NCBI GenBank assembly: GCA_964016885.1
Contig: OZ024743.1
Span: 6,820,001 to 6,884,000, forward strand
Direction of reading: 5' to 3'
From: Eledone cirrhosa
Lineage: Eukaryota
DNA length: 64,000 nt
Within the stretch, counting starts at the first letter, position 1; every line of letters begins with the position of its first letter. The translations under genes were made by a program, and so were the position numbers. The notes beneath the pieces were generated by a model that did no database searches, was not told the origin of the DNA, and worked only from the letters and a program-made list of their open reading frames with translations. This document shows, piece after piece, positions 1 to 13,100 of this stretch.

Positions 1-148
1 CTTCTCTACAAAGTTGTGATACAAGATACAAAAAGATACATTCATTTAATAAAAGATAAGAAATTAGATAAAACTATACTTATTCTAATTATTAAAAATG
101 GAGGTAAGATTAAAATGAATCTCTTAAAGAAAAAATATTAAAACTTAC

Positions 149-236
149 TTAGTTTTACAAAAGATTTTCTTAATATGTTCATGAATTTCTTCTTGTTCTT
201 TGTTGTAAACATCCATAATAACTTTTTCACCAGAAT
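149..236 (-). CDS. MRPS25: MRPS25 coding exon 3 (gene continues beyond window start)
   Basis: CAG acceptor, (D)SGEKVIMDVYNKEQEEIHEHIKKIFCKT, GTAAGT donor. Similar to mS25 [28 protein letters not shown]. Confidence 0.92.
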
Positions 237-755
237 CTGTAAGAGTAAAACATTTGCGTTAAGTTAATTCTAAGATAAAACCTTTCAAAATAAGGGACTA
301 AAATAATGTTGAGGACATGATGAAAGATTTGTTTTTTTTATAAGAGAAAGTAATAATATAAAGCTTAAATGCTTGCACAAAGTTGTACATAGAGTTGTAG
401 CTGGTGCACATATACTGATCTTGGTAAATGAGAAGATAAAGCAATGTAAGCTAAGAGTAAAGAAAACAAATCTGAAAAATAAAATATGTTTACCATTGGT
501 TTTATTCTTTGCAATATTTCTTGTTCAGTATTGTTGCTTTATTCCATAATTATACAAAAGACTTCACAAACATCATCAATATTAATGTTGTCTGCTTTTT
601 CAGTCATGTATGCTTACTCCCACAATCCCTCTAATATCTTTTCCTCTTTCACTATATATATTTGGCTACTGCATTCAAATAATAATGATAATAATAATGA
701 AAATTATTGTGTACAATGCTCAGGTACACTACAACACATCAAAGGTGCATGTATA

Positions 756-1037
756 TCATCATCATCATCATTTTATGTCCGCTTTTCCCTGCTTGCAAAG
801 GTGGGACGGGAACTGATTCTGGCTTGATTTCTACAGATGGATGCCCTTCCTAACACCAACCTCATTTACAGTGAGTGCTGGGTGCTTTTTTGCCATGGCA
901 CCTCCACGACCACTTTGCAGTGGAATTATAGGGACCCCAGTCCCTATCATCTCATTTCTACAGCTGAGTAAACTGGAGCAATGTGAAATAAAGTGTCTTG
1001 CTCAAGGAAACAACACATCACCCGGTCTGAGAATTGA
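756..1037 (-). mobile_element. SINE family B copy (5'-truncated), nested in a CR1 3'-end fragment spanning ~678-1240
   Basis: Reverse complement of the family B body. Flanks match the CR1 3' end at 52858-53020 and 51803-51935. Confidence 0.8.
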
Positions 1038-1559
1038 AGGGTGATGTGTATAGTACATAGTATAATGTAGAAATGTCAGGAAAGTGAACAGTGTACGAGT
1101 CATGATATATACACAGATACACCCACATATGCATATTTGTGTATACAGGGGGAATATTAGGCGTAGTGTTGGCAAATTTCAGTTAAGCATGGAAGTTTTT
1201 GAAGGATGCAGAGTCCCAACACTTCAATCATTTCCCAAAGCTTTCAGATTTCGTTATACATACCTTGAAAGTTAGATAATTATGATCATACAACATGAAT
1301 TACGTATTTAGTAGGATCAATAATCTACATGAAAGAATCACTGATCATGTGGCCAACACTCAGTTACTATGTACTATGTTTTTATGGTTGCATGCCCTTC
1401 CTAATGCCAACCACTTTAGTGTATACTGGGAGCATTTTATCGCGAGTTCAGCACTATCACCTTATAGAGTAGACTAGATGCTTTTTATCTTGGCAATCAT
1501 TATCTTCTACTAAAATACTGGCAACTGCAACATTTCCCAAGTAATAGAATTTAGCAATT

Positions 1560-1773
1560 TTAACCCTTCAGCATTTAAACTGGCCATATCCAGTCAGAAT
1601 TATCTTACCTCCTTTTGTTCAAACTGGCTGTAACCGGCCACTCATAAGGTATTGTTCTCGAAATAAATATCACAATCTCATAGATTCGATATGTGAGATA
1701 ATTATGTAAGATAAAGCCTTTACCGCGAAAATACAAAAGTAAATATAGAATAATGTAAATGCCAAAGGATTAA
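1560..1773. mobile_element. piggyBac-type MITE (~200 bp, TTAA-flanked)
   Basis: TTAA-CCCTTCAGCATTT ... AAATGCCAAAGGA-TTAA; internal sequence shared with seven other copies. Confidence 0.75.
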
Positions 1774-2083
1774 ACTATCAAAACATTTCATACTCTTTAT
1801 TAATATATTTGGTTTGCTAAATAGATTACTTGCTATCAGCAGAACTCAGGTCCACTATACTTTCACCTGTTGTACTAACCTCATAGTATTGAGTTCCAGC
1901 ATACATATTTCTTACATAGTTCTTTTCACATTATGTTTTGGGGCTTAGGTTACTAACTAAAACCTGAATCTTGACCACATTTACTTGCATGTATACTGGC
2001 TCAAGTAACTCACTTCCAGGTTTATATTTAACAAAATCAATAATAAAGAAAAGAAATATTTTAGAGTTCGATTTTCATGCATA

Positions 2084-4780
2084 AGGCAGTGAATTAGCAG
2101 AGTTGTTAGAACATCCGATAGAACGTTTTATTGCATTCGTTCCGGCTCTCTGCTCTCTGAGTTCAAATCCCGCCGAGGCCAACTTTGCCTTTCATCCTTT
2201 CGAGGTCGATAAAAAAAGTACCAGTCTAGTACTGGGGTCGATTCTTCCTCTATATCTCTTTCTCACTCCCATTCTCTCACCCTCTCTATCTCTTTCTCAC
2301 TCCCATTCTCTCACCCTCTCTATCTCTTTCTCACTCCCATTCTCTCACCCTCTCTATCTCTTTCTCACTCCCATTCTCTCACTCTCTTTATCTCTTTCTC
2401 ACTCCCATTCTCTCTATCTCTTTCTCACTCCCATTCTCTCACTCTCTCTATCTCACTCCCATTCTCTCACCCTCTCTATCTCTTTCTCACTCCCATTCTC
2501 TCACTCTCTTTATCTCTTTCTCACTCCCATTCTCTCTATCTCTTTCTCACTCCCATTCTCTCACTCTATCTCTTTCTCACTCCCATTCTCTCACCCTCTC
2601 TATCTCTTTCTCACTCCCATTCTCTCACCCTCTCTATCTCTTTCTCACTCCCATTCTCTCACCCTCTCTATCTCTTTCTCACTCCCATTCTCTCACTCTC
2701 TTTATCTCTTTCTCACTCCCATTCTCTCTATCTCTTTCTCACTCCCATTCTCTCACTCTCTCTATCTCACTCCCATTCTCTCACCCTCTCTATCTCTTTC
2801 TCACTCCCATTCTCTCACTCTCTTTATCTCTTTCTCACTCCCATTCTCTCTATCTCTTTCTCACTCCCATTCTCTCACTCTATCTCTTTCTCACTCCCAT
2901 TCTCTCACCCTCTCTATCTCTTTCTCACTCCCATTCTCTCAGTCTCTCTATCTCTTTCTCACTCCCATTCTCTCACCCTCTCTATCTCTTTCTCACTCCC
3001 ATTCTCTCACCCTCTCTATCTCTTTCTCACTCCCATTCTCTCACCCTCTCTATCTCTTTCTCACTCCCATTCTCTCTATCTCTTTCTCACTCCCATTCTC
3101 TCAGTCTCTCTATCTCTTTCTCACTCCCATTCTCTCACCCTCTCTATCTCTTTCTCACTCCCATTCTCTCACCCTCTCTATCTCTTTCTCACTCCCATTC
3201 TCTCACCCTCTCTATCTCTTTCTCACTCCCATTCTCTCACTCTCTTTATCTCTTTCTCACTCCCATTCTCTCTATCTCTTTCTCACTCCCATTCTCTCAC
3301 TCTCTCTATCTCTTTCTCACTCCCATTCTCTCACCCTCTCTATCTCTTTCTCACTCCCATTCTCTCACCCTCTCTATCTCTTTCTCACTCCCATTCTCTC
3401 TATCTCTTTCTCACTCCCATTCTCTCACTCTATCTCTTTCTCACTCCCATTCTCTCTATCTCTTTCTCACTCCCATTCTCTCTATCTCTTTCTCACTCCC
3501 ATTCTCTCACCCTCTCTATCTCTTTCTCACTCCCATTCTCTCACCCTCTCTATCTCTTTCTCACTCCCATTCTCTCTATCTCTTTCTCACTCCCATTCTC
3601 TCACTCTCTCTATCTCTTTCTCACTCCCATTCTCTCACCCTCTCTATCTCTTTCTCACTCCCATTCTCTCACCCTCTCTATCTCTTTCTCACTCCCATTC
3701 TCTCTATCTCTTTCTCACTCCCATTCTCTCTATCTCTTTCTCACTCCCATTCTCTCACTCTCTCTATCTCTTTCTCACTCCCATTCTCTCACCCTCTCTA
3801 TCTCTTTCTCACTCCCATTCTCTCACCCTCTCTATCTCTTTCTCACTCCCATTCTCTCACCCTCTCTATCTCTTTCTCACTCCCATTCTCTCACCCTCTC
3901 TATCTCTTTCTCACTCCCATTCTCTCACCCTCTCTATCTCTTTCTCACTCCCATTCTCTCTATCTCTTTCTCACTCCCATTCTCTCACTCTATCTCTTTC
4001 TCACTCCCATTCTCTCACCCTCTCTATCTCTTTCTCACTCCCATTCTCTCACCCTCTCTATCTCTTTCTCACTCCCATTCTCTCAGTCTCTCTATCTCTT
4101 TCTCACTCCCATTCTCTCTATCTCTTTCTCACTCCCATTCTCTCACTCTATCTCTTTCTCACTCCCATTCTCTCACCCTCTCTATCTCTTTCTCACTCCC
4201 ATTCTCTCACCCTCTCTATCTCTTTCTCACTCCCATTCTCTCAGTCTCTCTATCTCTTTCTCACTCCCATTCTCTCTATCTCTTTCTCACTCCCATTCTC
4301 TCACTCTATCTCTTTCTCACTCCCATTCTCTCACCCTCTCTATCTCTTTCTCACTCCCATTCTCTCACCCTCTCTATCTCTTTCTCACTCCCATTCTCTC
4401 AGTCTCTCTATCTCTTTCTCACTCCCATTCTCTCTATCTCTTTCTCACTCCCATTCTCTCAGTCTCTCTATCTCTTTCTCACTCCCATTCTCTCACCCTC
4501 TCTATCTCTTTCTCACTCCCATTCTCTCACCCTCTCTATCTCTTTCTCACTCCCATTCTCTCACCCTCTCTATCTCTTTCTCACTCCCATTCTCTCACCC
4601 TCTCTATCTCTTTCTCACTCCCATTCTCTCTATCTCTTTCTCACTCCCATTCTCTCAGTCTCTCTATCTCTTTCTCACTCCCATTCTCTCACCCTCTCTA
4701 TCTCTTTCTCACTCCCATTCTCTCACCCTCTCTATTCTTCTCTGGAAGAAAACTGTGGTATATCAAACCTGTATGTCAAT
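2084..4780 (+). mobile_element. tRNA-derived SINE (family A) with an internally expanded minisatellite
   Basis: GAGTTCAAATCC B-box and aactttgcctttcatcctttcg body; both flanks of the array match the unexpanded copy at 62100-62321. Confidence 0.8.
2248..4735. repeat. 2.5 kb pyrimidine-rich minisatellite, 34 bp unit with 26/30 bp variants
   Basis: Unit tctctcaccctctctatctctttctcactcccat, roughly 75-80 copies. Confidence 0.97.
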
Positions 4781-4881
4781 AAGACACTCCTACAACTCCC
4801 TCGGAGGAGTTCCAGGACAATAGATACATACATTCATGCATAATTTAATATAACAAACCAATTTAGGATAACAAATCTTAC

Positions 4882-4988
4882 CTAAAATGAACTGGATAAA
4901 AGGTGTTGGTGTCATATTCTTCATAGTAAGTATTTGTACATTGGGATTTTTATACTGAATTTGTGGAATGTGCCAGAATTGGAAGTTA
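4882..4988 (-). CDS. MRPS25: MRPS25 coding exon 2
   Basis: AG acceptor, (Y)[41 protein letters not shown] donor. Contains the hallmark IPQIQYKNP and KNMTP motifs; phases fit exons 1 and 3. Confidence 0.95.
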
Positions 4989-5494
4989 CTTTCAATAAAA
5001 AAGAAAAAAGAAGAATATTATTTTCATCTAACCCATGCCAGTATGGACAAATAGATGTTAAACGGTGATGATGATTATTAAAAACTATTTAATAAAATTA
5101 TTAAAGCTTTTCTTTTAGTTTTGCATATATTTGATAATATATATGAAGAAAATGATCAATAATAGTTATATGTAACCACTGACCAAACTTGCTGAGCAAA
5201 ACATGTTAAAATATTTACACAATGTTGAATATAGTCAGTAACATAATGATACCAGTAAAACATTTTTCAGATAACTAATCAGAACTTATGTATAGCTTTT
5301 AAGCTTCAATATTATGTTTATTTATTATATTATTATAACCAGCTGAATTTATTTACACAATGCTTCAACCATCACTTAGAAAAATTTGATAAATCACAAG
5401 TTTGCATTATCCAAGCAAATTTTTACCTTTTAATGTGGTTCCATATTTGAACCAAATTTGAGTTTTTAATATTGCTGCAGAGAAAGCAGTATCA

Positions 5495-6390
5495 TAAACC
5501 AAGAAACATAAAATGGTGTCATACCCAATGACTAGCATGGTAGCATTAAATATGACACCACCTGCTACAAGGACAAAGGAGATGCATTAGACAGAAGAAA
5601 CTATAAAGATATTGAGTTGACGGGCCAGGTCATGAAAGTTATAGAAAGAGTTATTGCACAGCTGATTGGGGATCAAATTAACCTAGATGAGATGCAGTTC
5701 AGATTTGTACTGGATAAAAGTACCACTAATGCTCTCTTCCTTGTATGGCAACTTCAGAAGTACCTAGCTAAAAGTAAGTCCCCTGCTCCATAATCTGGTG
5801 GGCTCTTAGAAGACTAGCAGGTAGATGAGTGGATTGTGAGGGAAGTACAAACCATATACAGAATAGCAGTCAGCAAGGTTAGAGTTAACAATGATTATAG
5901 TGAGGAATTTAGTGTCCAATTTGGCATCCATCAGTTGATGAAAGCTATGGAAGAAGAAGATCTAGGAAAGCTTGGGATGAAGTGAAAAAAGCTGACCTTA
6001 CACAATTAAACCTCTCAAAGGGGATGTCACAGGATCGAGATCTCTGGTGTTATGCAAAAGATTCATGTAGTATATAAACATGTAGAGGACACTAGTCTGC
6101 ACCAATCTTCTCGCTACTCCTTCCCAGCCTAAATACCCCACCCGCACCAACTAAATATCTCATTCACATCGTCCATGTCCAACTTGCATACTCATTTTGG
6201 TGCCGCAATAAAAAGCACCCAGTCCAAACTGTTAACATGGTTGAGGTTAGGAAAGGCATCTAGCTGTAGAAACAAAGCCAAAATACAAATCCGAATAAGC
6301 AAGATGTGGTCACCTGGTCTGACTTGTCTCAATATGTGACAACACATTTAACTCATGTAAGCATGGAAAATGGACATTAAATGTTATGAT
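5495..6390 (+). mobile_element. Degraded RTE LINE fragments with 3' tail
   Basis: gatgagatgcagttc RT region and RTE-type tail, similar to 16340-17662. Confidence 0.7.
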
Positions 6391-6877
6391 AAATAGATTT
6401 CAAACCAGGATGACCTTGTTGGCATAAGTAACTGACATCTATATATTATACATATGTCGATACACTAAATGTTAATGGAACAATCTTTGAATGCACTGAA
6501 AATAATGTATTATCTTTATTACATCATTTCAATAATTTTATGTAAACTATCAGAACTTGAAATTGTTCCGTTTGATTTTTTCCTCTATCCATTTTATAAT
6601 CAACTGTACTCACAGATCTTAAATGATTTGGTGCGATTTTAATATTTTTTGTGTAGATTTAAGCAGAACTAATAAAATGTAGAAGTCCTTTCTTTTTCAT
6701 TGATTTGCAAGGGCCGTAACTCTATGCGTCAAAGCATGGCGTCTGACCCTCTACCGATACTGCCAGAGATAATGATCTCTAGATACTAATTGATCAGTTC
6801 TCCAAAGCAAATATCAATATATTATTTTCATTGTAGGAACACTAAATTGCAATCATGCCTTGATTGCAATACATATA

Positions 6878-7213
6878 CAGTGGCACCTTAGTTCATGAAC
6901 TTAATTTGTTGCTGAAGACCATTTGTTACCCAAAATGCTCGTTAACCGAAACTATTTTCCCACACAAAATGTTGAGAGAGAAATACAGTGAGAGAGAGAG
7001 AGAAAGATTGTGTATGAAAAACAAATAGATATCACCATAGTAACTAACTACACAGCAAGTGACGTTTTCCCGCCAATATTCCAAGATTGTTGCCAACTGA
7101 ACTGTTGTTGCCGGCTTTCATGTTTGTTACTCGAGATACTGTTTGTGAACCAAGACGTTTTATATTCGGAAAAATTGTTTGTGATGAGGTGATTGTGAAT
7201 TGAGGTGCCATTG
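6878..7213. mobile_element. Tc1/pogo(Tigger)-type MITE
   Basis: TA-CAGTGGCACCTTAGTTCA ... TGAATTGAGGTGCCATTG-TA, imperfect TIRs. Confidence 0.7.
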
Positions 7214-8664
7214 TATTCAATTACTCAGATCTATAAGAATGTTTGCATATTTTAAGTGAAATCAAGTCACCAGACAAGGAAAGAACTGTGGTGGTATGTT
7301 GAATTATATCCATAATCATAAATAAACATGCTACCAAATCTCTTTAGTTCTTTACATATTTTGACAAAGAGATATTTCCTGAAATATGAAGAACACATAT
7401 ATATTCAAGGTAACATTTCAACACCTTTGTTATTTTAATATTTAATGTTCTATTTTCATTGCTGTAGACTTTTAAAATACTGTTTTCTATACTTTTCAGT
7501 GTTTCAAGGAAACTACACCACTCTTCTATCAAAGAGTCGATTCTTTTAAAAAATGAAATGAAAACAATGAATTCCCCTTACATGGGACTGATTTGATAAA
7601 AATCAAACTGCTGTCAGATGACACTGGAAATCCCAATATTTGATTGACTGTACCCTTCTAAATTCTTCTTTCTGCAATATACATACCTCATCCGTATTTC
7701 AATGTTTTCACATTGAATGCCATAACTTCTAACATATTACAATGGGATATTTTTTCAATATTCATATTGAAATAGCTCACTGCTTTCAAATCTTAAATCT
7801 TGGGAACGACTGTGTGTTTTCTTCTTCTGTGAAGTGCAATATTACATAATAGAAAAGCATGGGCAGAGTGCAGAGAATGTGCAAAAGCTGGAATGAAATG
7901 AAGCAAGCATACTCATCATGTGAATCTTCAGTTAGTACTGACCCTCAATTTACTAAACTTCTTTTAAGTGAATAGCAGACACCTGTATTAGGATTGTTGC
8001 TCACATTCTTGCCTGTTGCTTACGTTCTTGCCTCCCTTGTTTATTGAGAGTTTCGTGGCTACCTTTGAGATGGGATGTAACTCCGATTAAAGACTATCAA
8101 ATTGTACGGTGAATGTCACAGGATTTTCTAATTCTGAAATGTTAATAAACCTTCAAGATGCAAATATAGTCACTATTTCTATTTTAAAACGCCCCATAAC
8201 AGAATTATAAACAAGGAGAGTTTTGTGACTTCTGAGTATGATAGAGAACACACCAAAAATATGTATTATACTCATGTAAAATACATATTGGAGAATGTAT
8301 GGGCTCTGCTTGGTTTAAAATACCCAAGACATGCCGGATGTCACTAAGGCACCCTGCAACTTCATCAGAAGTTACGGCCATACACATTTATACATAAACC
8401 TCAATTCAAAATAAATGGTACGTTTACAATGTACCATTTATTTTGATTTGTGATTTAGAGGGGCTAAGTCGCATGCTAGTTTTTCAAGTATTTTCGCTGA
8501 AAAATGCACGACACGAGTATATACAGTACTTGTATAAAGGAGAAATTTAAAGAAAATATGGGGGGGGGGGGCTGTTCACATTGTGTTCCAATGAAACAAA
8601 AATAAAATGGGTTTTGTTTTCGGCTGATTGTCAGTTTAGTGTGTATATATACCAAAATCAGCTC

Positions 8665-9188
8665 AATAAAAATTGAATTGCAGGAGGTGGTTCAGTAATG
8701 CGCCTGCTTCAGCATTAGGTGTAAAAGCCAAACTTAGTTATCTTCAATTCAGTATTCGTGCCAACCCTTATCTATGATCATGAATCTTGGATAATGACCG
8801 AAATACTATCGCGAATACAAGCGGCCGAAATGAGGCCCCCCGAAGGGTCTGTTGAGTAACGTTACTCGACAGAGTGTGTAGCTCGGAGATCAGAGTCACT
8901 CCAGGTAAAGCCGCTACTTCTCTGAATTGAGAGATCACAGCTCCGATACTACAACCATGTGGTTATAATGTCTTAGGAAAGAATCGCTGGACAGATTTTA
9001 CGGGCAAAACCAATTGGGAGGATAGCCAAGACTAGACCTCGAGCAAGATGGTTGGATAACATTCATGAGCTTGGCTGGTCTCGCTTGAGGACCCAGCTGG
9101 ATCAGTTGGAGACGGTTGCTTCAGACAGGACCTGCTGAAAGGAGTGTTTGAGGACTCGGGAATAAGTGAGCGAAGAAGAATGAGTGGA
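8665..9188 (+). mobile_element. RTE LINE 3' fragment (second RTE family) between ~90 bp direct repeats
   Basis: Encodes ..ERSQLRYY..RPRARWLDNI..; homologous to 34880-35090 (+) and 60223-60368 (-). Confidence 0.7.
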
Positions 9189-9636
9189 GCTCGTGTTCAG
9201 TGTTCCAATGAAACAAAAATAAAATGGTTTTTCTTTTCGACAGATCATCAGTTTAGTGTGTACATATACCAAAAATCAACTTCATTTAACGTAAACATTT
9301 TAAAAATTGATTTTTACAAATATTTTCATCTAATATTAATAATTTATGAGTTTCGACGATATTTGGATGTAGTACGCAATAATTTTCATAATTATTTTTT
9401 TATTATATGAATTTAACTCGACAAAGTTATGACCTCTTACATACTTGTCTTTAAACATATACGATATGCCTCTCGGAAACAGTAAACCAAACTTAATAAT
9501 TATAATTGGAACAATATTGTAACCTGCATTATCGCAAATATTAGTAGACGAAACAGATTATGCGAAAATAAAAGGCTTCAATAAATAAAGAAATTAGTAG
9601 TCATTGATTTAATACCGCAACAACAAAAACACTTAC

Positions 9637-9773
9637 TAGGTTCCTTTACTTGCACGATGTCCAGTGTTATAGTTGATAATCATTACTTGAATATCTTTCT
9701 TGAAAGTAAGTGCACCATTTTTAAGATATTGTAAAGTCCTACGAATAGGTGCACGACCTTTCATAAAAGGCAT
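9637..9773 (-). CDS. MRPS25: Mitochondrial ribosomal protein S25, coding exon 1
   Basis: Manual translation MPFMKGRAPIRRTLQYLKNGALTFKKDIQVMIINYNTGHRASKGT matches the mS25 N-terminus (MPMKGRFPIRRTLQYL...). Donor GTAAGT, phase 2. Confidence 0.93.
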
Positions 9774-10010
9774 GTTTCTAAGATGTTGTACTTAGTCCAA
9801 GCAATAACCTCGAGATGTGTATGTTATCGCAAATAGGTAAACTGTTGCAAATTTTAAACGGATCTAGTAAAGAATATAATAATAACTAGGAAAAAATTAT
9901 TATATTAATTTATAAGTCTGCAGAATATACATGAAATTATTTTTTTTCAATCAGTTTACTCTTGTATTACGACAATTATCGTAAAGCAATTGATTCATGC
10001 AGACGAAAGA
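9774..10010. promoter_or_regulatory. Putative bidirectional promoter shared by MRPS25 and the ARMC10-like gene
   Basis: Only 237 bp separate the divergent ATGs (9773 on -, 10011 on +). Locally more CpG than the flanking DNA. Confidence 0.75.
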
Positions 10011-10134
10011 ATGGCGACTAAGGTACCACTATCGCATCAAGGTCGAATGGTGCTGATTGCAGCATTGGCTGGGGGCTTATTCATTCTTGGATTTATTTTC
10101 AGTAAAAAATATTTCAGAAACAAAAATAAACTAC
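10011..10134 (+). CDS. ARMC10: ARMC10/Armcx-like armadillo-repeat protein, exon 1 (N-terminal signal-anchor TM)
   Basis: MATKVPLSHQGRMVLIAALAGGLFILGFIFSKKYFRNKNKL: hydrophobic helix followed by basic residues. GTAAGT donor, phase 1, matches the exon at 19072. Confidence 0.75.
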
Positions 10135-13100
10135 GTAAGTCATTTTTATACTTTTATGTTAAAATATTTAAATCTTGTATTGTAAAAATTGTTTGTGAAA
10201 AGTTTATATCTAACAGTTAGTAGTCTTATTATCAATCGACTAACAATGATCACTTTATAATGAAATTTTAGTTTTCAACTTAACTGAATAAAAATGATTT
10301 TTCCCTTTGCTATAGGGCCACAATTTTTTATGAGTTAAGATATAATTTATAAACAAAAGTCAGTAACTGTAAATTCCAGTTTTTTTATTGACCTCGCATG
10401 TAAGTAAAGCAACATTGAAACTTGTGGCTTTTTAGCTTACAACATAGACACACACAAAACTAGTCGGTCTCTCACCCGATTTAAATAGAAGTAAGGATGT
10501 CTTAAAATGACGGAAGGCCTGAAATTTGGAAAAGTGGACGTGATGATTGGATCGACCCAGTACTTTATGGGTAATTATTTTATCGAGCCCCATAAGAGTA
10601 AAAGGCAAAACTCAACCTCGCTAGAATTTGAACGAAATAGAGATTAGAGATTAACTTCAATAAATACTCCAAGATATTTAGTCCACCAGTATAATGTGTC
10701 TGTCATTTAGACTATTAATAATGTTAATTTTTTTCCCGGCACAGGCCACAAAATAGGAGTTGGGGGAGGTTAATTCGACCTCAGTACTTGACTGGTACTC
10801 ATTTTATCAACACTGAAGAGAGCTATTATAGTCAAACACAAAGTAAGACTTGACTGACATGGTCACTCTAATTTGCATAATTAACTAAATAATAAATATT
10901 TATGCACAGCATATAAAATATTTCAGATAAATTTAACGTAAGTATAACTACAGTTTATAAGACTCATTGTGAAAATTTAAGTAGCATTTGGCTATAGTTC
11001 TCTTTGTAGCCAGAATTATAGATGTACTTATCTACTGATAAACAGCCAATTAATCATGAAACATGTATAGGCAATCACATGTTTTTCTCTGTATAAAAAC
11101 AATAACAGAATGTTTAAATATGCTCAGTGAGGCTTATAAACCTATATTAAATTTATCTTAACAACTTAAGCTCTATATATACTATTATATTTTCATGGTA
11201 AAGGCTTTACCTCACATAATTATCTCACATGATATCAAATCAATGAAATTTTGATGATATTTATTTTGAGAACAATACCTTAACATCAGTATGAGTGGCT
11301 GGTTTGAATAGAAAGAGGGGAGAAAATTCTGGCTGGATATGGCCAGTTTAAATTCTAAAGGGTTAAATATATAAAGGACTGCAATAACTGGTAACATGAG
11401 GTGCTGGTGATGACCTGTCCACTAGTATAAGCAAAGCATTCAATATTAACTCCACCCTTTCTACTATCCTATTCGCTAAACCCTTATACTTTTTTCACCT
11501 ATCTGTTTTAACCTCCATGCCACTAATGTGTGGTAGGATGTGACATTTAGCCCATTCATACTCAGTCTCTTTACCATCACTCTTTATTATCAATTTCACC
11601 ATCCTTTACCTCTTCCATCATCACATGCTTAGTCTTACTCATAAGGGATGTCTAACCTGTCCACATTCAGTACCCTGACCATCCTCCTCTATTCTTAAAC
11701 CATGTTGCCACCATTCTTATTCATAGATAATATTTACCACTCACCATTATTCATCCCTGTTGTTATCCATCCTCCAGACTTCCCTCTTTACACTCCTCTT
11801 GCAGTTGTCTATTCATCCTCCTACCAATAACCAACCACACAGCCACTAATCACACTCTTCTACATTTCTTCTTCCCTTACCATCACATCATTCACTCTGT
11901 TTCACCTCATCACACTTGTCATACATCTATGATCCCCCTTAACTGCACCTCCTTTAATTCTCACTCTCATATGCATTTTCCTTGGAAAATGGCAACCTCT
12001 CTAGAGTTGGTGCAACTATAAATTGTACTTAATACATTCTGTAGCATGGGTTGGATGGCCTGTTAAAGTGTGAGTCAGTTCTTATTTGGAGTTACTGCTC
12101 TCCTAGATGTGTCAAATACCCTGTCACATTCTAAATTATAGCATGGTTTCTGCAGCTGAATACTTTCCCTAACACAAACCACTCAACGGAGTGTACTGGA
12201 TGCATTTTACCATAGTACCAGCACTAGAGAGACTGTCATGACCTCAACATGACTAAAGAGTTCTTTTCATTCAATCATCAACCACTTTACAGAATGTATT
12301 TAGATCATTTTACAGTGGATTAACACCAGAGAGATTGTTTTGTCTACTACATTACTTAGGGGACATCTCCACTCCATACTATGTCCATTCTTTTAGAGCA
12401 AATGGGACTAAGAGGGCGATAACCAAGAGATGAAAGAGAAGAGAGGGAGAGGGACTGGTTTTAGGATAAAGAGGGAAACAGAGTGATGATTTGGTAGGAA
12501 GGAGAGTGAATGTGATGGGTTGGTGTTTCAGTAGACTAGCATGAACAATATAGAATACCAGTAGTGATGCCATGGTATGAGAGAGTTAGTAATGGGAACC
12601 ACAGAGAAGAGAGAATAGTAAATGTTGTTTGAGAATCTCACATAGGAAAGACAGATAGAAATGGCATTGAATCTGGGTGTAAGTGATGTAATATCATCAG
12701 AGAAAGGTGATGATAAGTGGGGGGAGGTAATATCAACAAGGAGACTTATAGTAGAGAATGATGTGAATATGGTCAAACCTGGTGACCATATTCACATAAA
12801 AAATCAAGGATTTTTGTCTCTGAGATTTCTTTATGTCCTCCATAAACAATATGACCTGTAGTATGGTGGTTTGACAAATGCCAGTGGTATATATGCCATT
12901 CTTAGAATAAAATATCAGTTGGCATCAAGAAAATCTGCCTCAAAAAATTTCATCCCAAACTATGCTAGCATGAGAAAAGTAGACATAAAAATGATGATTG
13001 ATGATAATGATAATAAACATGTGTGCATGCTCTTTCACTTTTTGTGGAAAAGATGCATTCCACTGGTTAGGCAGTACATTTGCTGCCAACATCTTTGAAT

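Noticed and set aside
2248-4735. CRISPR-like array (34 bp periodicity)
   Set aside because: No unique spacers and no cas genes; a eukaryotic head-to-tail tandem repeat.
2103-4823. 906-aa ORF (Ser/Leu/His/Pro repeats)
   Set aside because: Translation of a nearly G-free minisatellite that cannot form stop codons. It starts at TTG inside a SINE and lies antisense in an MRPS25 intron.
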